A DNA stretch of 64,000 bases from Asterias rubens. Lineage: Eukaryota. The stretch is taken from the NCBI RefSeq assembly GCF_902459465.1, contig NC_047080.1, forward strand, positions 1,860,001 through 1,924,000, in the 5' to 3' direction. Positions 49,266-61,028 of the stretch are shown one piece after another. Each line of letters starts with the position of its first letter. Within the stretch, counting starts at the first letter, position 1. A model generated the notes under the pieces. It was not told where the DNA came from and did not search any database. It saw nothing but the letters and a program-made list of their open reading frames with translations. The translations under genes and the position numbers were made by a program.

Positions 49266-52200
49266 TTAAAGGGTAGTCCTTTCATTTGATATGACAATCG
49301 ATGAAGGATTCTCGACAGGTTGGAGGTCACCGTTGGTCTCTTCCTGGTCCAGCAGGACGGCAATGGCTGCCAGGCTATCTTGCTTCAGTCGACTCGGTCC
49401 TCTCGAGGTTCGGGCCACCTGGGAATAATCAACATCACAATGTTATTCAAACCACTTGATTAAATTGTCAGCAGACAGTTGGTATATAGGATTTGAGGCA
49501 TTGCATGGTGAGGTATCAATGTATGTTTGGTTTGCGGTAACACCATGTGTGTATCTACTTGCCAGGTAGACTTTGTTCTTAGAAAACTGTCAGTTGTTAT
49601 AGTTAATACACAAATGCAAATAGTGGTCAGTGACTGGCCCGACCCAAGCAGAACTTCCTCATGAGCTAAAAAAATGACAACACAATGGGTTGTGTTTTCA
49701 TTTGTCAAAGACTCTACTATGCGTCAAACTGTCAGATCATCAACTATTTTTTGCATTTATACCATAGGTCCTTTGTGTTGGTATGCAGGTTGGTAAGCAG
49801 TTTGCAACAGCTAGTTCAATTTTCACTTTTACAGAAAACCTTACCACAAATTATGTTACAATTTTGGTTACAAAACAATAATTTCCAATTCTGTGTTTCT
49901 AAACGGATCACGAAAGACATTTTGGGGGAGAAACAAAATCTCAAATTAGGGGAAATAAATTATTTTAAAAATTTCTTCGCGAACAAAGATATTGACAAAA
50001 CAGGTCTAGCTCAGTTTGTGGAGCATCACTTTGTTTTTGTTCACCACAAAATTATTTTATTTGGGAATTAAAAAAAAAAAATTCACAACATTCACATCAA
50101 CTAATGCAGGACAATGAAATCGACAAGTAAAGAATTCTGCCATTACCTTGTTATAAAGTTCATCCAGCTTGTCGGGCGTCGTGTCTTGACTCTCTAACTG
50201 CCCATGGGAGGCTGGATGGTATTTAGCATTCCTCGGACCTAAAAATAAAAAACATTATTATTAATATTTGTTTTTATGAAAACCTGGATTCTTCCCATGC
50301 TAGTCGATATGCTTGATTTGTGGCCTGATATGCGGAAATTTTTTGGCCGATAAGCAACAAAAAAATTCCCCAAAATCATCTTGAGAAAACCTTATAAAAT
50401 GATCCAGGTTCAATCCAATTTTCAATTCACATTTATTTCCCTGAAAACATTTCGACAAATTACAGAACTACATTGTAATGCATATATGTATGTACACAAG
50501 ATAGAAAAGGAATAAACAAGCGGGAGGCACAGCCCAAAAATAAGCCAGGTAGCTTACATAACAATAGACATAAACTGAAGGCTTTTGCTCACAAAGGCTT
50601 TTTTAAAAACCAAGATAAACGCCAATTAGAAAACATTCCGTAGGCTGGTTTCAGTTCAGAGTACCTCAACCAAACATCAAAAGGCCTTAGAATAATGCTT
50701 GATAAATTCTACTTGCTGTTTCCATCCAGCCATAAAAAAAACACTCACTTCTTGCCGGGGTGTAGAGTCTCCCATTTGCCCTCGGTACGGTCCCCGATCC
50801 CTGCTCGACCTGCCCTCCGTACGCAGCATATCCATCCATATCTCTGTGCACCCTCATGTGGTCCATGCTGGGGGAGGAGCTTGCCCGGGGGCGGTTGGGG
50901 TCCATCGGGCCGTCATTCATACCGCTCAGATCCGCGAATTCCTCAGGTGGGGACGGTGTTGGAGTGGAGACGGACGGGAGACGAGAAGTGTTTCTTGAGC
51001 TGACCGTCGAGGGCGACTTGGAACTATTGGAAATCACGATATAATAGGTAGGTAAGTTCTCTCCTCGCTAAAGAGGGAGGGCACTATAAAGAAAACGTTT
51101 ACACATCTGGACCCAATTTCATGAAGCATGTAAGCTCAAAAACTTGCTTGGCACAAAAACTCTTGCTTATCAAAAAATAGGATTACCAGCCCAAGTACCA
51201 TACAGTTACCATTGCTATGACTGGTACCAAACTCATTTCTTGCCCAACACATTTCTTGCTTAGTAAAGAAATTTGCTAAGCAGAATTTTCTGCTAAACAG
51301 CTTCATGAAATCCGCCCCTGATGACTGTGCAGGGCAAAATGATTAAATCAATCTAACTTAGTGTGGGTGTGGGAAGGAAGGTAAACCAGGAGTTGAGCAA
51401 GAATTGGAAAGCTAGGGGGTCAAAAAGGCGAGGAAAAACAAAACCTTGTCTTTGATGTTTTTTTTTTAGAAAGAAGGAAGTGTATTTTTATTGTTTTAAC
51501 TCTAATATGGCAAAGTTGTTCCCCAAATTTCATGGTGCTTTACTAAGTTTGACACTTTCCAATTCAATCGTGAAGTTTTTTATTCATTTAAGTAAATATA
51601 AAAATATTGAGGCAGCCGAGAAAAAGGAAGCAGGCAGGGACGAGAAACTGTTAATATATTTAATGTGGCCTAAGAGGTGCGGACTCGATGCTGCCTCGTG
51701 TCTTATCCTAAATCTAATACTAAGAAATCTCTCCATCAGAAAATCCGTTGATCACATTACGAGACTTGCCACTCAGTAAGAGTGAGCAGGTCACAAGCGT
51801 CTCTAGAAAAATGTCAAATTCTCCAAATTTATCACCCGTGGGTTGGGAATAACAACCGGAAACAGTAACAAACTAGCCACAAGCCGAAGGCAGCCAATGG
51901 AATCTACTCATGGGAGTTCTTATACATTTCCTAGTTCCTGTAAGTTTATACTTTGTGCTTGCACAGCAGCCATGTTTAGTCTGGCTGGCAGAGGAGTCCG
52001 CAGCCAGATATGCCAAGGTTCAAATCAATTTCCGTACAGGTGCGTTAAAGCTGATCGTGGTGAAATAAATCTTTCCAAACGATTCACACCCTAGCATTAA
52101 AAAAATGTTGAAAGTAGATCGACTCAGTGAAAGAGGGAAAAATTGACACTTACTACCCTTTGTAACAATGTCACAGTACTGTGTTACTTGTGACAGTGAC

Positions 52201-55200
52201 ACAGTAATGTGTAACTGGTAACAGTTTCACAGTTATATGTTCCTTGTGGCAGTGTCATGTTACTGTTTGGTAACAGTTTGACAGTACTGTTACTTGTGAC
52301 AGTTTCAGAGTGTTGTGTTACTTGTGACAGTGTCACAGTATTGTCACGGTGGCAATGTCACAGTACCATGGTAGTTGTGACAATGTTACAGTATTGTGTT
52401 GCTGGTAAAAGTTTCACAGTGTTGATATGAACTTACTTTGCTCTGGAGATGTCCAGCACTATATCATCACTCCCGCTGCGTTGGCTGGATGAGCACATCT
52501 GATCATTGTCAATCACTGTTCATGAAAATAAAAAACATTTACCTTACTATTTGGTTTATTCCTCTAAACGAACAGGTTCTGCATTTGACAAAAAAAACTT
52601 TAAACAAAAAAATAACTAACAACAAATGGTTTTTTTAACAAGAGTGAATTTAATTACGCATAAAACCTGAACCTGTGTTTATAATGAGAACAGTTTTCAC
52701 TAGAATTAACAATAATAACAAATAGCAAATGCATCAATAGCCTAAAAAGAAACTGCGATTTAAAAACAAGGCCACCATCAATTTTACAACAGTTTACCCC
52801 CAAACATTGGCCTGAGTGAAACCTGTTCAGTCTATTTCAAAGAGCACTTGATAACCGGGCTTCATTCCTTTATAGAAATTGAATCATTCTCCCTGAAGGA
52901 ATTCCCTAGAAATGAAATCAAGTTTGACCTTTTCGGAATGTCCTTTTCAATAAATGATCCGAAAAAAATTTAAGTAAATTTTGTATATTTGATAATAAAA
53001 TGTATGAAAAGTTAGCTTGTGAGAGCCCCTTTAAAGCCCTAGTGAAATGGTGGGTATCTACGTATTTATTTTTTTAAATTGTCCACTGCCCATTTAAACC
53101 CTAGGGTCATGTGTCACAGGGAATATGGGTTCAACCGGGGTCATGGAATTTAGTACCATCATCGGAATTTCTAGACAGCAAAAATATTGACTTACAGTAA
53201 TTTGAATTTTTGAGCGTTTTGTCATCGCCACGTCGCTTACACCACACTAAGAGGACAACGAGGGCAAGACAGAGGGCAGCTCCTGCAAGACTGACTGCTG
53301 AGATGAAGATGATCAGGGAATTTCTAGAAGAAACAAATATTAAAGAAGAAGAAGAAAAAGTTCACACAACTATCATTCTCAACCACTTAAAGGCAGTGGA
53401 CACTATTGGCAATTACTCAAAATAATTATTAGCATAAAACCTTACTTGGTAACGTGTAGTGGGGAGAGGTTGATAGTACAAAACATTGTGACAACTCCCT
53501 CTAAAGTAACATAATTTTTGAGATAGAAGTAATTTTCCACTAATTTGATTCGTATACTCTGCTTGTTTTCTGGAAAAAGGGAGCTTTACAAATTTGACAT
53601 GGTTTGACGATGACCGGAGATACCACACGGACATCTTCTCAGCTGGTAACCGATAGCTCTGGGGAACCAGTTGACCCGTCTGAGATAATTTCTCCGCACG
53701 TGGGAATCATTGCCTCAAGGCATGTCTGGCGGTATCAGTGGCAATACTGGCTGATGACTAGCTCTGGACCTTTTAAACAATGCCAGCAATGGCCTCTGTG
53801 TCCGTTGCTTATCAAATTTCTTCTAAGGACAAAGAATTTCCAAGCCCCAATTTGATGGGCTCGGCTGACCACAGATTTCTGCATTTACAGTCACCTTTCT
53901 CCGCTTACAGGGTTAGTGCTGAATATGTGTGGTAGCTGCCTTCAGCGTAAATGCTTAGGCTAAGTTAGAAATTGAATCTAGTAGACAAAACAGCACATGT
54001 GTATACTTATGGCCAGTAACCTTTTTTTCCTTGATAAGCAAAAATTTGCTTTTCAGCTCACTTTTTGTGTTCAACCAGCCCTATGAAACGGAAGACTTGT
54101 GGAGATGCTAGGCGGCATCAGACAGGGAGAAACAGGCGAACGTTTCCCAGGTTGAAAATCAATCTTTTGGATCAATTAACATTAAACCACATTCCTTTAT
54201 GCAACCATCTCCTTTAAGAGTAATTTGGACTTTGTAATAAACCGTCCCGACCGTGAATCAATTTGACTGGGCCCGTGATTCAACGTTGGTCATCGCTAAT
54301 TACAAACTGAAAAGTCCGTCTGTACCTTGAAAGATTCCCAAACCATTTACACCTGGTTATAGCTTGAGGACTTGGCCTAAACTGTTTAGAAAAGTGGACT
54401 GTACACCTGGACCCAATATATAATAGTGCAAGAAAGTTTAACATGCTTAGCGAAAAGAGAGCAGTGAACTCTTTTTTTTCTTTCTACTCATCATGACATT
54501 TTTGTTTGAAAAGTGCATCTGCGAAGGAAACCTCAGCAAATTAAGTGACCTTCACAGAAATTGGCCCCAGGGTCCAAATTAAATGAGCTACAAAGTTTGT
54601 TGAAGCTGACTTGAGCAGCCAAAATGCCAGGTAATGGGTTGTTAAAGAGGAGTTCCAAGGTTTGCGTTTTGTGACGCACTTATTTTCCAACAGATAAAGT
54701 CCTCGTGAAAGTTGGGAGAAAAGTTACAGCGTCTTTAACTTTAATTTCATAAAGCATGTAAGCACAAAAATTTGCTAGGCACAGAAAAATAATGCTCAGC
54801 AGAAAGTGTTACCAGCTAAAATTCAATCAAGTTTACACTGTTTTGACTGGAGCCCTACTAATTTTTTGCTTATCATAGAAATTTCCTAAGCAGTATTTTT
54901 TGCTTAACAGTTTTATGAAATTGGGCCCTGATGGAAGGCTTTCGGGGTTGGATTTCACAAAGAGTAAGGACCAGTCTTATCTTGAGTTAGGACGAGTACT
55001 AGTCCTAGCTTAGGACTAGCCGTTTCTAATATTACCTAGGACTTGTTCTGAGTTAGGACTAGTCCTAACTCTTTGTGAAATCAAGCCCTGCTACCGAGAT
55101 GTGTAAGGAGGTTAAATGTACTTACAGTGGGTAGGCTGCTTCTCCTGGGAAGGGGTTCATGGTCTCGGTGAGCGGCGGAGGCTGAGAATCCATCGGTGGT

Positions 55201-56039
55201 TGGGTGGTACCCTGACCTGGTGGTGGTAACCGGGTAGGTAGTGCCCTGCCTGAAGTACAAGAAAGATATTGATAGTTTACTACAAGTTGGAAGTAGTCTT
55301 GTTGAAGGATTCAGCAAAAAGTTTTGGCGGGCGTAACCAATAACTTTTCCAGTCATCGGCCATTGAGATTAACCAATGGCAGACTCAGCTGAAACAGGGT
55401 TAAGACCAAAATGCCCCCCTGCTAAATCTGCAGTAATATTTTCTTGAAGAGTCAACATTGAGTTTCTTTCGTATACCTTCACTAAGTGTATACACTAATA
55501 GACAGTCATCCCTTTTAGCTACAAAAGTTCAAGTTTGACCAGTTCATATTTGAGTAATGATATAAGTTAATAATATCCTCAATACATTAAATCATTGTTA
55601 AACTTAGAAAACAAGAAAGAAAAAAAAAATCTCAATGCAGACATGATATTTGGTCCTCAGAAAAAAAGTAGGAGCCGACCTAAATCTACACAAAGTGAAA
55701 AGACTTTTCATGCTATTTGATCACAATTTTTAAAATTTTTCCCAGGGCCAAAAATCAGACTATAACATGAAAAATGTCAAGCCTTTCCACCGGCACAAAC
55801 AATTTCCCTGTTTGCAGAAAAAAAAATAAACTTTTAAGAATAAAGTTTCAAAAACCTACCAGTTGAGATGAAGAGTTTCTCAGCATTGACTCCCATACCA
55901 GCACTGGTCCTCCCTCTAATCTCAATCACGTAGTCTGTCTCCGGCTTCAGCGACGTCAAGTTATAAAACGTTTCTGTCGTCTCAATTTGTCCGTACGTCT
56001 CGTTGCCAAAAATCACGTCTCTTCTACGTCTGGAGCTAT
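49266..56039 (-). CDS. Unidentified single-pass type I membrane protein: FN3 domain, Pro-rich stalk, TM helix, ~235-aa cytoplasmic tail ending in a PDZ-binding motif; 3' exons only
   Basis: Phase-compatible exons 56039-55860 (YNLTSLKPETDYVIEIRGRTSAGMG = FN3 strands E-G), 55249-55126 (Pro-rich), 53323-53196 (SLIIFISAVSLAGAALCLALVVLLVVC-KRR), 52515-52437, 51411-51387 (tentative), 51067-50749, 50238-50147 and 49418-49266 (...IVISNERTTL*). Confidence 0.82.
52150..52430. repeat. ~30-bp minisatellite with an internal palindrome (GTGACAGTGTCAC), about 9 copies
   Basis: Recurrent gtgacagtgtcacagtactgtgttactt variants. Confidence 0.85.
54945..55089. mobile_element. Palindromic MITE (GATTTCACAAAGAGT...ACTCTTTGTGAAATC family)
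   Basis: Terminal inverted repeats and internal TAGTCCTA/TAGGACTA palindromes. Relatives occur at about 14260-14340 and 32020-32150. Confidence 0.7.
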
Positions 56040-57978
56040 CTGCTTCCAAAAGAAGGAAAAAAACAGGAATATTATAATTTTTTGACATTTTGAGATGAAA
56101 TAAAAAATGACTCAAGTGCAACATGCCCAGCCCTTCCTCAATCACAGCCCATGCTTCGGGGGGGTTACTGGCTATCAAAAGTTGACAGGACACGATTGTT
56201 CAACTTGGAGAAGTTTCAAAAATCAATGAGAGAGAAAAAAAACCTTTTTCTAACGGGAGACAAATACTTGACTTTTCCTGACAATACTAGACTTGTATTG
56301 ACTGCCAGACGTTGTCTGGGCCAGGAGGGTGGTTGAAGGGGTCTGCATGTACACACAGATAGGAAGTTAATACAACAGACAATATCCAGACATCAAAGTG
56401 GAGCTGTACACCTTTTTTTTCTCCCAAGGAAATGTTGATATTTTAAATCAAATATTCTTCCAAGAACTTAATAGCAAGATCACTCTTAATACAGGGGTGA
56501 GAGTCATTACTGACGAAAAAGTCTGAAATTTTGATACAAATTCAAAAGGTATGTTGAAATGATGGCAGTTCTACTGTTTGGTAACCCCTGGGGTTATAGA
56601 TTCCAAGGAGCTTTTGGAAACAGTATCCAAAGCACTAGAGAAGTTGACCAATGAGCAGGATTTATTTATTTGTTGAAAAAAAATATTGTCTGATTTTCTT
56701 CACCAGGCCGACATAAAAAGTCTGAATTCAGCCAAAAGTCTGAACAATCTCATCCTTGTTAATAGTAGCTTAAAAGTGCTGAAAAATATGTAAGATTGTC
56801 AAAGTGGATTTCTACACGTTTTTTTTTCTCCAAAGAAAATCTTGATATTTCAAACCCAACATTTTTTCAAACCTAACCTAATACCAATAACACTATCAAA
56901 GAAGCTTTAAGTGCTGAATAATATGTTTTTTCTTTATAATTTGACAATTGACATGATTAACAATCTAGAGAGTGGCTTGAGATGTGTGGTGGCTCTAAAA
57001 AAAAAAAAAAGGCAATGGTTTAGAAATGTTTCTGTTATGCTCACTTTAAAGATACAAACGAACAAAACTACTGTGTACATAATCGATTTTGAGGTATGGC
57101 GGACATGATACGCGCGCGTCACAAACCGCGACTGATGCCACGCTCACCATGTTGATGGTCATTAGGTTTACGTGTAAACGCCACGTTGCCTAAAATGCGC
57201 ACTTCACTGAATAACATACGTTCTATTTCCATGGTCAATACGCACAAATTTACCACAACTTTACAGTGTTGTAGCATTGTGTCCGCCATACTTCAAAAAG
57301 GCTTATTGCATAAAGAAACATCTATCCTCGTCTTGCCTAAATCAAATCACCTCAAGTCACACACATCAACTTTCTCCCCAGTCAAAGCCAAAAGTCTGGA
57401 AAACATTCTGACTCAATGTAAAGAAATAAGCACAGTCACTGAGTTCAAAGTCAACAAGCTAGCCCAGCAGATCCATCAAGGGTTTTTAATCCAAGAGACG
57501 TACCGGTACTCAAGCTTCGTCATTGACTTCTCATTGTCAAATAGATAACAATAGCAACCCAAACCCGGTAAAAAACACTCTTAGGCCGGCGATCAGCTTG
57601 AGATCGTGCCCACCAGAAACAGGAAAGTTTTGTCTGAGCCCCGAGCCCAGGATCTCCGAGCTGGTAGATCTTAAAAAACATAGCCCTTGTAATTGGGTGG
57701 ATATAAATAAAGTCTGCTTATGTCAATTTGGGAATGAAAGAGGGATCACTTTGTAGTTACATGTCGGTGACACCCAAGGAAATTATGGACGATTAGCCGA
57801 TGAAAGCATTAGGAGGGCTTGTTGATGTAAATCTAAAATACACAGGTTTGAAGTTTGTTTTTCTTTTGGATGGCCAAAGGACGGATACACATAGAGCCCT
57901 AGTTGGTTCATCAGCGTAACAGGCCGATAATGCCTTCTTCCTCAGCAATTTTCTTCAACTACAAACATGGCCGTGTTG

Positions 57979-58350
57979 TTAAAGGAACACGTTGCCTTTG
58001 ATCGGTCGAGTTGGTCTTTGAAAAGCGTTTGTAATCATTTTTTATAAAATGCATATGGGTAGAAAGATGTTGTAAAAGTAGAATACAATGAACCACACAA
58101 ACATGCCTTGAAATTGCACGGTTTTCCTTTTACCTCGTCAACTGACACGGTCGGCCATATTTTATGGGAGTCAAATTTTTGACTCCCATAAATGGCCGAC
58201 CGTGTTAGTTCGCACAGTAAAAGGAAAACCACGCAATTTCGAGGCAAACTTTTAAAACATCTTCCCAACCATATGCATTTTATAAAAAAAACGGTTATAA
58301 ACGCTTTTTATAGACCAACTCGTCCGATCCAAGGCAACGTGTTCCTTTAA
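57979..58350. mobile_element. Kolobok-like MITE, complete
   Basis: TTAA-AGGAACACGTTGCCTTTGATCGGTCGAGTTGGTC ... GACCAACTCGTCCGATCCAAGGCAACGTGTTCCT-TTAA. Confidence 0.85.
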
Positions 58351-59838
58351 GTATAGGGAAGCTCAGTGGTTTATTGGTCAAGATATCTACACTCAGACTG
58401 CAAAAAGGTTGTAAGGTTGGATTTCTACCCAAGATGACGTCTTTGTCTGCGTGACTCGGTGGGCACCGAGGCAGTGAGCGATATTGCATGTAGGCCTACC
58501 GCATAGTTTTGTTTTTTTGTGACAAAATTTTGACAATTTGCTGAACAGTCATTATAAAAAAGTGGATCGCATTTATTTATTTAAATGTTTGATTATGCAC
58601 AATTTATAGTGCCTACTGGTCAAGTGTCTTGCGTAAGGACACAAGTGTCAAGATTGGGACTCGAACCCGCACCCTGCTGATCATCACCAGAGCTCGAGTT
58701 CTGTGCCCTTGACTCTCAGCCTGGAAAACCACCAGACCACTTAGCAGAACACATACAACTTTCTCATGCTGGGCTACCAGCAATCTCATTCAATAAACAG
58801 TCCAACCCTTCTTGACAAAAAGTTTACACTTACAGACCAGACAAAAAGTTAAAATTTCTATGTTCAATGAGGATGCCACAAATAAACCACTCAATTAAGC
58901 TAAGTCACTTCCCTCAGAACCAGCCTCCCCTTTTATATATGCCTCATGCATATTCATGTTTAAACCTTATCTTTTTATTATTTAGAATGGAGTAGGAAAA
59001 GGGTTTCCTTTAAAGTTCCGATTCACTGGGTCACACAACTGGACCATTTATTCCCCCGTGACTAGCTGTTTTTACAACCCCATACCCTCCCACAGTAAAA
59101 CCTGTGGTGGCTTGTTTAATGGAGGTAGAAACAGATGCTTGTTCTAAATTTAAAACATGCATTTAACAAAGAAGGCTATTTTCAGTACAAAGAGTGACTT
59201 ATTTTCAACAGGCCTACCTACATGTATGTATACAGCAATACTTACAACACCCATAAATGTGTACAACATTTTCACAGAACTCAGGAAATCTACTGCGTTA
59301 ACAGTGCTTACCATAATACACAAAGGGTACAATCAAGTTCTTTAAGTCGAGGCAAATATAACATTAAACACCCATATATGAAAATTCTTCTGTTTTCACA
59401 GCAAACAAGTTAAACATTTGCTAAAAAATTAAGTCGCAAAAAATAACGTTCCCATAGTCTCACCTGTGCACACTTAACGTGATGAAAGTTACAAAAACTC
59501 CGAACCCCAAAGGATACGCCACTTTTCACTAGGATCCTTTTAGGCTTTGTGCATTGTTTATTGTTGAGTTAGTAAGTAAAACCTCAATACCTTAGGCCCC
59601 ATACAGTCAACGCTGCACACGTCAAGACTATTCCACCGATAGAGGGCGTGTCTATAAGCAAGGATCCCGTTTAGAGTGTTAAGTGGTGATGGTGATCAGG
59701 AAGTGGCTGCTATCGTTTGTTGGTGATGTGTACAGTAAGTGCGAAAAATGGAGTTGGGGATCGCAATAGTTGAGTGATAGTGAATAACAACGTCTTGCAC
59801 CAAGACTAGGATCTTATTCCTGAGAACAGTCGGACAAC

Positions 59839-60237
59839 GGTTGATATATCAAACGGTTAAAACCATTGGACTTTGATCATAGGTGGTATACGCTCCACGC
59901 TGAGTTTGTGTGTGTGGTACTTCAGTTCTAACAGTGAATTGTTCCTTATAGTTCAGCAGCCGATTTCACGAAAGTAGTGTGTAACTGTGTCACAAAGTTC
60001 CGCATATGGTTGATACATCAAACAGTGAAACCATCGGACTTTGATTATAGTTGGTATACGCCTGGCTCCATGCTGAAGTTGTCTACTGTGTGGTTCCTAA
60101 AGTGAATGGTTTCTAATTGTTCAGAAGACGGGGTCAGGCTCCTGGCAAACAGACATCTCTCATAACTCATTCACTGTCTTAGAACTCCTTAGGCTCCTGG
60201 CAAACAGACGCATCTTGTATAACTCATCCACTGTCTT
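59839..60237. repeat. Two adjacent degenerate tandem duplications (169-bp and 55-bp periods)
   Basis: ggttgata(t/c)atcaaac...ggactttgat starts at 59839 and 60008; aggctcctggcaaacagac starts at 60136 and 60191. Confidence 0.75.
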
Positions 60238-60861
60238 CCTACACCACAACAGGTGTCACAGTACACCTGTGTGATTGGCTACAACATTGATCCAATCACC
60301 GGCCCACAATCCAGACAATTAATCTACTCCCTCTCCAGACAATAACATCGTGCCCTTGAGTCTAATCAGACATATTGAAAGCTATTTAATGAGCCACTAG
60401 GCTAATTGACCTCAATTTAAACAGTAAATTACCCAAACTGTTCTTAAGTGTTCATTTCTATATGTGCTTATTTATATGCAGAGTACAGGGCCCAATTTCA
60501 TAGAGCTGCTTAAGCAGAAAAATTGCTTACCAATTTTCTGCTTAGCAGAAATGAGCAGGATCCTACCAGTTAAAAATTCAAGCATGCGAGCAACGCGACA
60601 ACTTGGGTCAACTGAGTGAATGATTTATACCATCCTGTATACCATCCCAATTTCATAGAGCTGCTTTGAAAAGCAGAAACATTGCTTAAGAACTTTCTGC
60701 TTAGCAGAAATGAGTAGGGTACCAGCAAAAAAGTGAACACAAGAATTTGTAGTTTGGCTGGTAAACCCTTCTCTTGTACAGACATTTGGTTTGCTTAGCA
60801 ACTTGTTGTGCTTGCAGCTCCGTGAAAGTGGCCAAGGTTTCCATATCTCCACTTCCAAAGT

Positions 60862-61028
60862 GATTACAGGCCTCGATTTTTTTTAGAAGGGCCAGAGCAA
60901 TTTCCTCTGGTCAGGGGCACTTCTTTGAGGAAATGTAAAACTGGAATGTTGCAGTAGAGGGCACCACAGCAAAAGCACGGGGCACTTTGGCAATTGCTGT
61001 GGGTGCCGCTAGTTATTTCAAGGCCTGG
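60862..61028. mobile_element. Short MITE-like repeat
   Basis: caggcctcgatt ... atttcaaggcctg termini with an internal ggcac/gggc-rich body. Confidence 0.5.

Noticed and set aside
53604-53855. 83-aa ORF in a GC-richer intronic block
   Set aside because: No recognisable motif and no splice sites compatible with the - strand receptor gene.
57186-57548. 120-aa + strand ORF near a CpG-rich patch
   Set aside because: Starts at TTG, has no recognisable domain or flanking splice structure; may be regulatory or decayed TE sequence.
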